Assembly (NCBI GenBank): GCA_030704615.1
Contig: CM060731.1
Location: forward strand, 54,684,001-54,748,000
Source: Takakia lepidozioides
Lineage: Eukaryota; Plantae; Bryophyta
Direction: 5' to 3'
DNA: 64,000 bases
Shown piece by piece: positions 25,531 to 36,825 of this stretch (position 1 is the stretch's first letter; each line of letters opens with the position of its first letter). The notes under the pieces were generated by a model. It was not told the origin of the DNA. It saw only the letters and a program-made list of their open reading frames with translations, and did not search any database. A program made the position numbers and the translations under genes.

Positions 25531-26140
25531 TCAGTAGTCACTACCCCGGCCATGACAACCCCCTCACCACTTACCACTTATCACTCACTATTTATCATTA
25601 ACTAAGGGTCATTCACACTTGCTGATACGCTCATCGATACGGTTGCTGATACCTACTTGTGTTCATACATACACCCCCGCTACAGATTAGGATCCTACAT
25701 GTCTGATTACGTGGCACATTATCAGCGTGCTTATCATTGAGCGGTAACCCCGCTCATACCTTACCACCGAATCTTCACATTTTTGAACATTCACGCGCAT
25801 ATTTGTCGGCGTTAATCTATCACTCTGGAACATCAGCATGTAAATTGTCTATCTCTCCATCTCATTCGTTGATGAGCTTTCCCTTGCAAGCTTCACGCAA
25901 GCTTCGGGGCAGTGCATTCTTGATATGCACAGATTATAGGCGTGATGCAGACACAATCTTCTTGCGCAATGGATCAGTCGAACAGTGGATCTATAGAGGC
26001 AACGAGGCCAACGCGAGGACGAGGGAGAGGAGGCCCTGGAGCAACTAATAATTCGGGAAGGCAGAGGCAGAGCAATTGGGAGCACAATGAAGGGAGAACC
26101 CTACCTCCTCCAACATTGCAATCTTCTGACTTGTGAGATG

Positions 26141-26864
26141 TGTCGTGGCCCTTCGCCTTGAGGGCAGGGGGTCGGGACACAAGAGGGGCTGCCCTTGTGG
26201 TGGGGGTAGTGGCAACAATAGATGCAGGGGCTGAAGCACCCTTGAGTACCCAAGGCACTCAAGGAGGCGGAGGCGCTCACTAGGTGGAGCCCCGTACATC
26301 GGGTTGCGGTGGGGGTGGTTCCACGAGGGGTGGTGGTAGCTTAGTGGGTCTTAGTGGGGGTGGCATAGGACTCACCATGGGGCGGAAACCTTGTGGTGGG
26401 AGTCATGGGGAGTCTTGGGACTCATCACGGCCCAATGGGGCCGTGTTGGGTGGGCCAAGACTCACCGCGACTCATCACCGGGAGTCGAGGGTTTTCATGG
26501 TGGTTCACCATAAAATGGCAGGGTGTTTTGTGAACCCCCACGGACAGTCACAGAAGTATATCTAGGGAGTAGTAACCCCGAGAACGGTGCAAGCCCGTTG
26601 GTGACCAAAAACTAGTGAGTAAGCGTGCGAGCTGGAAAGCGACCAAGGTGTGGGGAGCTGTTCCGGACTGCCAACATCCAAAGGGAATTTCCACTAGGCC
26701 CAAATTGAGAGAAGCTCTTGTGGAGGAGTGAAGGGGGAACGTTATGTCCCGGTGAGCAGCCGAAGCTCCGTGTTGGCCCGGCGGCCAGTTTGGGAGTTAG
26801 GCGCGCGCATCAAAGCGAGTAACTATGACTTGAAGGGGAGCTTACCTAAGTGAGGTGCATGACA
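26141..26864. mobile_element. Solo LTR (724 bp) with 5-bp TSD AGATG
   Basis: Ends are TGTCG...TGACA, with AGATG at 26136-26140 and 26865-26869. Removal restores the transposase frame ...VGTHLTSQKIAMLEEVGFSL. Confidence 0.93.
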
Positions 26865-29547
26865 AGATGTGTCCCCACCTTGATAGGCCAAACGCTCGGT
26901 GGGGAGCAGCGTGATCTTATGACCACTGGTGGTTGCCGGTGCCACACGCACGCACCTACCACAGTCGCCAGCGCTGAACCAGAATTTGTGGTTCTTCGCT
27001 TCTGGCTGCCTGCAAAGCTGGAACAAACGGGTGAAGGTCGGTATCGGAGTGCACGTACTGCCTCTGGATATGAAGGACTTACACTTCTCACGATCGGTGG
27101 CTCTGATTGCGGATCACTTCACTCGAGACCCAGCTCTGGTGCGTTCTATGTGCCAAACTTCGTCGGAGCATGTGGACTCCACCAGAGGCGAGAGCACGCT
27201 CGACTCATTATGGAACACGCAGAATGGAGAAGTTGTCTTTGTCCGCCCTGTGCGAGTCTGCATCCGACCCAGGAGGGGTGTTCAATTTCGTTTACAGGAC
27301 CCGAATCTCTCTCCTCGCCCTCCAAATGGGGAATTCTGGACACCAGAGGAGTTCCCTCCGCACACATGCTGACAACCCTGGTAATCTTGTTTGGATCCCC
27401 CGATCTTTTTGTAGCTCGCAACATCAACTCAGACTTGTCAGGGCCTTTGCCACCAACGCCACCCCTCAAGAAATCCCGATATCTCGTTTGTTGTTGCAGA
27501 GCTCAGATGAGATCATCTGCCGTCGCCAGATACAAATCCCGCCCCCGCTTTCCAGAGTGCTGCAACCGTACATTGTGCACTATCTCCGCTAGATTGCAAG
27601 AGGGCATGTCCGCCATCTCCTCAATTGACAAGTGCTGCAGAAAGGGAAAACACACATTAGAACAAACAGGTACACCCCACGACAGCAGACATGATTGGAA
27701 ATGCATACAAAGCCAATGAGAATTCATGATCTGAAATTCAGGTACCGTTGTCATGCATGCTCCCCATTGTCTGTACCGGAAGTGCCAAAATGCTAGTCAG
27801 TCTTCCAACGCTCTCATACTGTCTTCTGATGCAGCCCCACATGAGAACCACCAGGCACGAATTGACTGGAACAAAGTATTCGCCTCCGCCATGCTTTTGG
27901 CATGTTTGTACTGTTTGCATAGCTTAAGATGAATCGACCGCATGTCCGGTTTGATGTCTGCCTTGGTATGTTTCTCAAGGGACTGCATCCAATGGAAAAG
28001 ACATGTTCGCTCTCTTCCTAACATTGGCACTTTTGGATCTCCTGAACCGAACACAATGCGAACAGCATTGAAATTCGCTTGAGCACTGTCGGCCATAAAA
28101 CCAGCGAAATTTGGGGATGGGACACCATGGGATGCCATCACGCGAATGAGACATCTCCACATTAGCTGCTGCGACTCCGCATCCTCCGATTGCATGTCAC
28201 ACACTGCAATTGACATGATTCGCTGGTAGAAAGGATCGTAAACATGACATGCCATTGTTGTCTAGTCTTTCACTCATTTCACGTGATCAAACATAAGGAA
28301 ACAGTTCTGCAGATCACCATCCTTTTGCATGCACTTGACAAGACTTACTCCGCTGCCCTCCCCGGCTATCGACATTTTGAAATTATACACATTGTTGGAT
28401 CCTTGACCTGGGAACACGTTGTCTTGAATGTAGTCGTACATGCTCCGAGATTTCAATTCCAAAATGTTATAAATATACCCTCTGTTTGCAGAGCCCATCC
28501 TCAATGCATTCACCTGGTTTCTAATGTTCGGTGAGCTCAAGGTTGAGAAGTGATCCATAACATTGTCCAAGGCATGCATGTCCAGCTTCTTGCCCACAGA
28601 GTCCCCTACACTCAGAATATGGCTTTCCATGAAAGTCTTACTTGCTTCAAGCACAATTGCGGAGGTGGTGGATGTTGGATTGCTCTCATACTCTTGTCTT
28701 ATCAACTTGGATATTGTTTGAACACTCTCCCTGTAATCCCCCTTCGCCACAGGATGGTTGTGGAATCCAAAATGTACACAGGCTCTAGTCATGTTTTTCA
28801 AACGGTGAACATGTTCATAGTACTTGCGTGCTCCACACACTGCCAGACAGGAAGGCGCTCGTTTGCAAAACTTGCAAATGAAAGTGTTGGAGCTTGGAGG
28901 AACTTCACCGGGTTGACACCCTCCCACTCACACCGGTTGTGAACCTTCAACCGCTGGAAATGCCTACAATTCAAATTCTCGCACATCAGGTGCACATTGC
29001 ACAGGCTTCTCCGGAAGATGAGGTTGTCATGATTTTGAATATTGGATGTTTTCATTCTGCACCACGGGTGTCCATCTCATCTCTTGTCCATTCCCTACAG
29101 GAGGCTCGTGACGGGTCCATCTAGCCCAGGTGGAGGTAGCTCGAAGACGACATCTCCATCATAAGCATCCGGCAGGAACTCCATACGCTCAATAGGGACA
29201 GTCTCCCAGTCAATCCCCCGCAATTCACTCTGGAAACCGGGGATTCCTCCCATTGACTTCAGTTTAGGAATGACACTGATGAGGTGTGTCACTTGCAGCT
29301 TGACGACCGGCTGTGTTTGCACAAAAATTGGGATGTTTGGAACGTTCTCGGAGGAGGAGTCTGAGAGCTCAACTATTGGGATGGAAGTAGTGGTCTCCGT
29401 CTTCACGACGATATTCCTTTTCTCTTGAGCAACAGAATCATCAGTTCCCGGGGTGACATATGAACCAGTGGACTGCCGTCGAGGAGCTCTAACGACCCTA
29501 TATCTTCCTGGAGGCACTCTCCACTGACTCACAAGAATATTTTCATC

Positions 29548-30123
29548 CACTACAGGAAAAGGGGGGGGGTTTGCGACGCCGCAGCCACGCCACGGCGTCG
29601 TAAAACAACCCTTTTCGGGCAGGGGGAAAAACCCAAATTTGCGACGTCCGGGCGTTGCATGCCCGTCGCAAGGGCGTCGCCAAAAAAACATCGCAAATTT
29701 ACGACAAATGGGGGTCGCAAATATGCGAAACCGCGGTTTGCGATGCCGACGCGATTTGGGACGCCCGGGCGTCGCAAACCCCCCCAAAAAAATTATTAAA
29801 AAAAAATAAAAAAAATAAAAAAAATAAAAAAACCTACTCTGCAATGCAGAATTAGTACCATCCGAGGGTCGCAAAGTGCGACGCCCGGACGTCACAATTT
29901 AAGGGGGCACATTTGAATTTAGGCGGGAGAGAAAGAAACCTGGGCGTCGCAAGAAAAAAAAACCGTCGAAGCGAGGGCCCTCTTTCCCCCTTCATGCCAC
30001 CTTACGACGGCTGGGCGTCGTAATGGTGTCGCAACGGGGGATTGCGACGCCGGGGCGTCGCAAACAAACAAACACCGCGGACTCCGCGGCTCGTCGCAAA
30101 CCCCCCCCCCATTTGCTGTAGTG
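29548..30123. mobile_element. Non-autonomous CACTA element/MITE (576 bp) with 3-bp TSD ATC
   Basis: TIRs CACTACAGGAAAAGGGGGGGGGTTTGCGACG / CGTCGCAAACCCCCCCCCCATTTGCTGTAGTG; ATC at 29545-47 and 30124-26; internal GCGACGCC...GGCGTCGC repeats. Removal restores the in-frame QKPDENILVSQW. Confidence 0.96.
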
Positions 30124-31319
30124 ATCCGGTTTCTGAAATGAGTACTTGATCAACTTCCCATCGACATTGTAGACCTCTTTTTCGAGAAAAACAGTGCCAA
30201 TCTGGTACTCGAAACACGTTGCCAGGAGATGTTTCTCCGCAATTGCGTAACCATTGGATTCGACATCCTTCAAGAAAGAGACAGGTTCCTCCACAGAGTA
30301 AAACTCCGCTTCAGAGGAACCCATGGGGAAGGACGAATAATTCCGAGCTAGACGGAGCTCGAAAGTGGAGAGGCCCACGACTTCCGTACGACATCTTGTT
30401 ACAAACGGAGTGGATTTTGTTCATCAATAGCTGACAAACAGTTAAAGAGTCCTTGAAGAACAATTGTGTAAACAGTTGTTAAAATAGATGTCAAGCAGTT
30501 ATGTGTCAACCCACACCCAGTGCAAAAGACGGCGGAGCCGAAAAATCTGGGATACAATGCCTTTGTAATGTTTTCAGGCACGTGGGCCCAGACATTGCAT
30601 TCATAGCACGGCTGCCAAAATGGGTGCAGAACCAATGAGAAATTTTGAACCGCCGCAATGCGCAAAATCCACTTGCACATGTATGGACATCGGATCCAGG
30701 GTACGGCCATACGGACACGGCGGCCAGTGCCAAATGCACAAATGTTCTTGTGCTACGTGGACACATCTGAGGTGAACCCATGCATAACCGTCGCGAGCGA
30801 GGCCCCGCCTGCATCCCCACGCACGACGTCTCTGAGCCCAGCAGATCCTCATTTTCAAGCTGGAGACTAGCAGGAGACTGAGTTCCCACCAAGAGAGTGG
30901 TAGGCGTAGACGGCAGTCTTTTTTCTTCACCTCAGCGCGAGAGAGGAAGAGGGTGAGAGAGAGAATGAGAGGTTGCAAGCTGGATTTGACGCTTCAAGAG
31001 ATAGCAGAGGAGAGTTTGGCCCTGGAAACAGAACACATGGTTGTGCAGGACCAGGCGGTCAGGGCTGCCAAAGGAGGGGATGAAACACCATCACAGAGCG
31101 ACACAGATGATATGGACATCTCACGTGGAGCCCGACGTTGTTGCTAAGGAACCCACGCCAAAGGGAAAGAGTGTTGTTGAAAAGGAGGCGACGCCGAAGA
31201 GGAAGAAGGCTGCACAGACGGGCAGTGTCGCTGCATCCAAGGCATCAGGGAGTGCTCCCCCGAAAGGACCACAGGTGATGATCTTCCTTCATCTCTTTTG
31301 GTGTAGATTGAAGGGCTTG

Positions 31320-34300
31320 GAAATTGCGTGCGCTGACGCACGCAATTTCATGCCCTGCATTCATGTCTTTTCCACTTCAGAGTTGAGTGAAGAAGATCAA
31401 GGTGTCACAGATGGATGTTCCGCTAGTTTTTCATGTACTCATTCTTTTTGTTCACTGAACAAGAAAGGGAGGCTAGGTTGGGAGCAGGACCTTGAGAGCA
31501 CCTCCAGAAAATTGCGTGCGTCAAAGCACACAATTTTTGGAGGTGCTCTCAAGGTCCTGTTATGCACTCAGCATCTCTAAACGCAGCCATCATCAGAGGG
31601 AAATGGGCTACATGATTTTGTCCCTGATATCAGCTACAACAAGCACTGCATGTCCCTAAGAGAACCCCTAGAAATTGCGTGCGTCAACGCACTCAATTTC
31701 TAAGGGTGTTGTGATGGACATCCAGAGCTCTAAACAGATCTGAATGCCTGAATGTGTGAGCACCAAAAAATCGTCTTAAATCCACGAGAAACATTTCAGA
31801 GCACCCACTGAAATTGCGTGCGTTGACCCACGCAATTTCTGGGGTAGTTCTGAAGGACATTCTAGGTCTCTCATTTCCGAGATCAATGCACATGCATATC
31901 TCAACTTGAAGAGAGTATGTACAGTCTGCAGAGGCTTCAGAATTGCATGCGTCAATGCACTCAATTTGTGACATTGATTTTACATGGAGAATTTTTCTTT
32001 TTGAATGCAGGCGAAGAAAAGGAGAGGTGTTCCCCCGGAGCAGGATGAAGACGAAGAGCACAAACTTGTTGTTGTTGAGGAGGAAGACGATGGCAGGCCA
32101 TACCAGGACAGGGCAAAAGATCTGTTGTCCTTCTCGAAAGTGAACTCAGCCCAAGTCATCAAGGCCATGGGGGTTCCTAGGGGGAAATTAATGATCCCAC
32201 TGTGCAGGTTGATCTCCATGTCGTTCGTCCGACCAGCCCTCACGAATGACAGTGCAAAGCTGGAACAAGATTTTTGCCATGGGTACATAGAGGGTCAATC
32301 TGTGTTATACGTTTCGTTGGGCGACGCCAACGGCAGGGAAGTTTTGGTGGACGAGACCATTGTTGGAGCTGGGATCCAATTTGGCGACGTATCAACGACG
32401 AGTTTGAATCAATTATTTGCAAGAGGCTTGTTATCCAGTTTTTTTCAGGCAAGATATTCTATATATGGGATGGCAACCACCGATTGCTTGCCTGGCAGAA
32501 CATGATATTGAGGTATCATAGCACTGAGGAGGAGTGGCACTATTGTGTGGCCTCAATGGTGCTGGATCCCAAGGGAAACATCACTGCGCTCTTGATAGCA
32601 ATGCATGACGTGAACAAGTAGATCTCTTTCATATAATAACCTGACTCTTTCCCTCATCTATGTGTTCGGGAATCATATCAGACATGTGATGACATACCAC
32701 TGCTTGTGGCAGGGGAACTGAAACCGCCCATGTTACAACGAACCTGGAACACACCCTGTTCAGGATCTAGAATATTGGCCAAATGCCCCTCAACACATTC
32801 AAGAGCATCCTCAGCCCAGAAACCTTCGCGAAATGCCAGACCTCCAAAACGTCGGACACATGGTACAAGCTGACAAGGGGAGCATTTATGGAGTACATGT
32901 ACGCACTTCCATTTTCTAGTACAATTCAAATTATTTTGTTATTTGAATTCGGATTGCTTTTTGCAGCAAGAGATAGCGGAGACTGGGGAGAGGGCTAAAG
33001 CAGAGTACTACTTCAAAACCTTCGAGGGGATGAGAACATCAAAGGGAGTGGCTGAAGCAATGAAGTTAAAGATGAATGAGACTCGGAAGAAGATCATGAC
33101 CGCCTTTGTGAAACAGCTGAGAATAGCTGACCCTGCCTTTGGGCCTCAATTCTTGAATGAGGTGAGGAACCACTGGAACACCAATACCAAGCCAGAGATG
33201 ACACGGGAAAAGCTGCATCGATTGTCAACTGCAGTGATGGATTCCGAGCAGAAAGTTAAATGGTTGAAGATTTGGAATTCTGACCCAACAGTGAAGGATA
33301 CATATTGCTTTCCTAAGGGGGAAAGAGATGAAAACACTGGCCACAGCAAGCCCTTCAGTGATCAAGTTTTTGATACATGGCTTCACATAGCCACGTACTG
33401 GAGCCAGGTAATCTTGTGGACTGTCTTACCTTGTATTTACAGAATGATCTTCCCTAGCAAGGACTCTAACGTTGAGGATTGCGTCGAGCAGAAGTTCGGA
33501 GCCGAGGGAGCCATGAAAAGGGTCCTGTACAGGTGGGTCATTTGAACTAAGCAGGTTCACCTTCTACCTTTAGGACCCTCCAGAATTGAGTGTGTCACCG
33601 CACGCATTTTTGGAGGGTTGGATCTCTGGACTGTTTTCCCTATGTCTCATTCAATGCAGGTTCATTTCTTAGAGACCCGCTGCCTATCTGGTTGTTTCTT
33701 CATGTTGTGAGTTCTGGTTGTCTGACCTCTACGTAGACCTGGGTCTCCAAGAAATGAACCTGCATTGAATGAGACATAGGAAAAACAGTCCAGAGATCCA
33801 ACCCTCCAAATTGCGTGCGGTGACGCACACAATTTTGGAGGGTCCTAAAGGTAGAAGGTGAACCTGCTTAGTTCAAATGACCCACCTGTACAGGACCCTT
33901 TTCATGGCTCCCTCGGCTCCAAACTGCTGCTCGAACTCTTTTGTGCGAGATATGCCCCCCTCCCTGGCAAACTCTCTGAAGAAACAGTTACTCCACGCTG
34001 TCGCCTTCCACTTTCTCAAGTAATCCTCCAAAGTCAGGTATACCTTCAGTGGTCCTCTGACATTTCTTAAGGGGTTTTCCCGTTGTGTGTGTGTTTGTCA
34101 ACTTTTTTTGAGGGGCCACACATCATGTAGTTTCTCCTCCACTTTTTGATACTATGCCTACATTGTTTTGTAGGTATATCAAGAACATTCTGATTCCTGG
34201 GAACAACCTCAGCAAGTACCCAGGCTTCATCGACTTGTGGGCTGACTCCTCCAACAGCCAGACCATGTACACTGCAGCAATCCTCAGTGATTACAGTAGA

Positions 34301-35278
34301 TATCACCTCAAGGACTACTATTGGTATCTCGACATACCCAAATCAGATTGCCCATGGTATGAGTTGCAGACACGGAACCAGAATGACAATGCGGAGTCCT
34401 TGGCTCCTCTAACAGACAGGGAACTGCATGACAGAAACCTGCGAAACCTCGCTGAGAAGGAACCTGCAGCCACTAACACTCCGGCGAGAGGGAAGGGGAA
34501 GGGAAAGGGAAAGGGCACAAAGGACAAAGGGAAGGAGAAGAGCACCCAATGGGATGTTGCAGTAGGTGTTGGTGCCCAGACCCCAATTATAACAGCAAAC
34601 GCAAGGGTAAGTTTGAGCCATACGACGCAGTGGAGCACCCAGCCCGAATCAACCAAGAATGCAGATGCGAGCTTGTGAACGACTCCTTCCTTGCCATGAT
34701 GGAGACCAGGAAAGGTGGTTACACTGGAGATCCCTCTCCAACGTGGGTTAAGATGAGTGCTTTTCTGGAGTCGGTAAGCAAAATTCCCATCTTCACTGTT
34801 GCAAATTTCCCATCTTCGATATGGTTTTAAATTTTTATCGGCGTTGTTTGCAGGTTTCGTAGGGGCAGGATTGGGTGAATGGTGCTCAGAAACCGTGTGC
34901 TGCAGACATGGTGATTGTTGACATTCTGGACGGGCAGGCGGTACCAGACATTCTCCCCACTAGCACTTGCCCAACCTGGAATGCATTTGACGAAAGGTAC
35001 TGGCGGTGGGTCTTCTCTTTTTGCAAGTTCTTTCTGTCGGATGGAGGGGTTCTGGTTATGATTCAGTCCATCACTACGAAATGTCGTCGAGAGATTGCAA
35101 GCTATTTGAAGGCCTCGGGGATGAAGATCATCAAAACGTGGAATGGTGTAAACAGCCCGTACCTGACAAAGGGTGACTGTCCGGGACATATGGTAATCCT
35201 CCTTCTCTTTCCTACTTCAATTTGTGTGCAATTTTACCCATCCGGAATTGAGTGCGTTGACGCGCTCAATTCCGGAGG
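31320..35278. repeat. Intronic palindrome family AATTGCGTGCG-N4-CGCACGCAATT (about 8 copies) of paralogue 1
   Basis: Copies at ~31320 (perfect GAAATTGCGTGCG-ctga-CGCACGCAATTTC), 31508, 31670, 31810, 31940, 33582, 33806 and 35243; all lie inside predicted introns. Confidence 0.9.
33484..33934. repeat. Long inverted repeat: ~195-bp arms (33484-33678 / 33741-33934) with a ~62-nt loop
   Basis: The arms are reverse complements with few mismatches. The left arm spans an exon end and the splice donor at 33533. Confidence 0.95.
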
Positions 35279-36414
35279 GGTGATACCGCTCTCATCTTTT
35301 TGGGATTTTCAATCATATCTGCTCTTATGTGCTTCGTGATATCTTTTTGTGTAGACCCGCCTTTTTGAAGCCGTGTGCCTCGTCAGGATTCGCCCTCCTT
35401 CCACTCCTTCGTCAGTGAAGGAATTCAGGCTTCATGGGGGAGGTTGTTTTATCAACGATAGGTTTGATCTTGTGGTGGACGACATTCACTACAACTACGT
35501 GGATTCTAATGTGTGTTTGAGAAAGTCCAATTCCACACCATGGAGAGGGGCGAAAGAGAAGAGCCCAACTTTTATTCAGACAATTGTAGAGACATGCTCT
35601 CATCCGGGGTTGCGCATCGTGGACCTTACTCTTGGGACAGGTTAGACCCCGATCATTATCTGGTGTTCTCTTCTTGTTGCAGAGTTTGTTACATCTTGCT
35701 AATAGTGCAGCGTCTTGCAGGCACTTCGTACCATGCTTGCAAGGCTGGGGGCAGGCATTTGTTTTGTATGGAAGGGGATACGGATATTTTCAATAACATC
35801 ATTATAGGCTTGCAAGGGCCAGCCCCTGCCGTCATAGGGTATAGTGCATGTGGATATCAACGAAGGGGACGACAAAGACCTGGACAATGATTTCACATGT
35901 GAGTAAGTTGAAATTCTGTATGAATCTTAGTTCTCGAACACAACCCCCCACCATTCCCTTTTCTTCTATGTTCGCTAATGCATTGCGTTCACGTTGGTTG
36001 TTAGGACATTGGAAGCTATTCTTGTGCACGACGTCTGTGTTTTTCAGTCTAACTTCGGTGCAGCCCTCCACGTTCGTACATCCTGCCAGAGAACGCTGAG
36101 GCCATTGCTCGACAACAATTATTGAACAAATCTCCCCCGTGTGCTCGGAAGCAGAAAATGCACCTTGGAGCTCGGGTTTTTGTGGATGATAGTGCCACAG
36201 TTTCAGGGGATAGTTGTAGTGATTGAGACCATGCGTCAATGTAGTCCGGTTTTGGTTTTGGGTATGTAGCAAGTGCCACACCTATTGTGTTCCCACACAT
36301 TTATGTAATACAATGCCTGCATACGCATGTGTGTTCCTGGTAATGTCGTTGAACGCTCATTCCTCAATTTCAAGGCTTGTATGCATTTGCAAATATGACT
36401 TCTGTCTGTATTTA

Positions 36415-36603
36415 TGTCGCGGCCCTTTGCCTTGAGGGCAAGGGGTCGGGACACGAGAGGGGCTGCCCTTGTGGTGGGGGCGGTGGCAACAATAGATGCG
36501 GGGGCAGAAGCACCCTTGAGTGCCCAAGGCACTCAAAGAGGCGGAGGCGCTCACTAGGTGGGGCCCCGCACACCGGGTTGCGGTGGGGGTGGTTCCACGA
36601 GGG
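36415..36603. mobile_element. Truncated second copy of the LTR at 26141
   Basis: Direct repeat of 26141-26329 starting TGTCG, highly similar, and cut at CCACGAGGG by the G-run terminus. Confidence 0.9.
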
Positions 36604-36713
36604 GGGGCTGCTATTTCATGAGCGGCATGAGCATGAGCGGAAAAAAAAAAAAGCATGAGCAGACCATTGTGAGTCCACGGAAATAGGGTTAGGAGGCACG
36701 GAAATAGGGTCAT
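36601..36713 (-). mobile_element. Putative transposon terminus GGGGGGGCTGCTATTTCATGAGC, homologue of 3326-3465
   Basis: Reverse-complement match to 3326-3465, lying directly downstream of paralogue 2. Confidence 0.75.
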
Positions 36714-36825
36714 GTGAAGTTGGAATGTGGCACCAGTGGACTTGAAATGCAACATTTTATTGCAAATTTTGTGGCAAGCCACGTCTATAGAAGTGTGTTC
36801 TAACTGTCATAGCCGGAATGGGCAC

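Larger units (their letters stand above)
25850..30324 (-). pseudogene. Mutator-like (MULE) DDE transposase gene with an N-terminal Cys/His (WRKY/GCM-like) zinc finger, disrupted
   Basis: ATG at 30324. Zn-finger region CENLNC...CKFC...C...C...HFGFHNHP; D1 in FLMFDHVK; D2 in FMADSAQANFNAV; CLFHW (CxxH); E in CNLAEIVHN. Contains stops and frameshifts, and is interrupted by the MITE (29548-30123) and the solo LTR (26141-26864). The 3' end is approximate. Confidence 0.85.
31037..35900 (+). pseudogene. ParB/Srx-like domain plus beta-class DNA methyltransferase-fold fusion gene, paralogue 1 (spliced; frameshifts and stops)
   Basis: ParB-like: KLMIPLCRLISMSFVRP...FYIWDGNHRLLAW (32190-32500). MTase-like: DMVIVDILDG (~34905), FLSDGGVLVMI, PWRGAKEKSPTFIQTIVETCSHPGLRIVDLTLGTG|TSYHACKAGGRHLFCMEGD (35540-35780). 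GT-AG introns include 31274-32010, 33533-34173, 34774-34853, 35193-35354 and 35641-35720. Confidence 0.8.

Noticed and set aside
29095-29895. 266-aa ORF with a hydrophobic FFYFFYFF segment as a membrane protein
   Set aside because: It is a chimera of the CACTA MITE's A-rich interior read into the transposase frame.
26141-36603. One LTR retrotransposon bounded by the repeats at 26141 and 36415
   Set aside because: The first LTR has its own TSD on both sides (solo LTR), the second is truncated, and there is no PBS, PPT or gag-pol between them.
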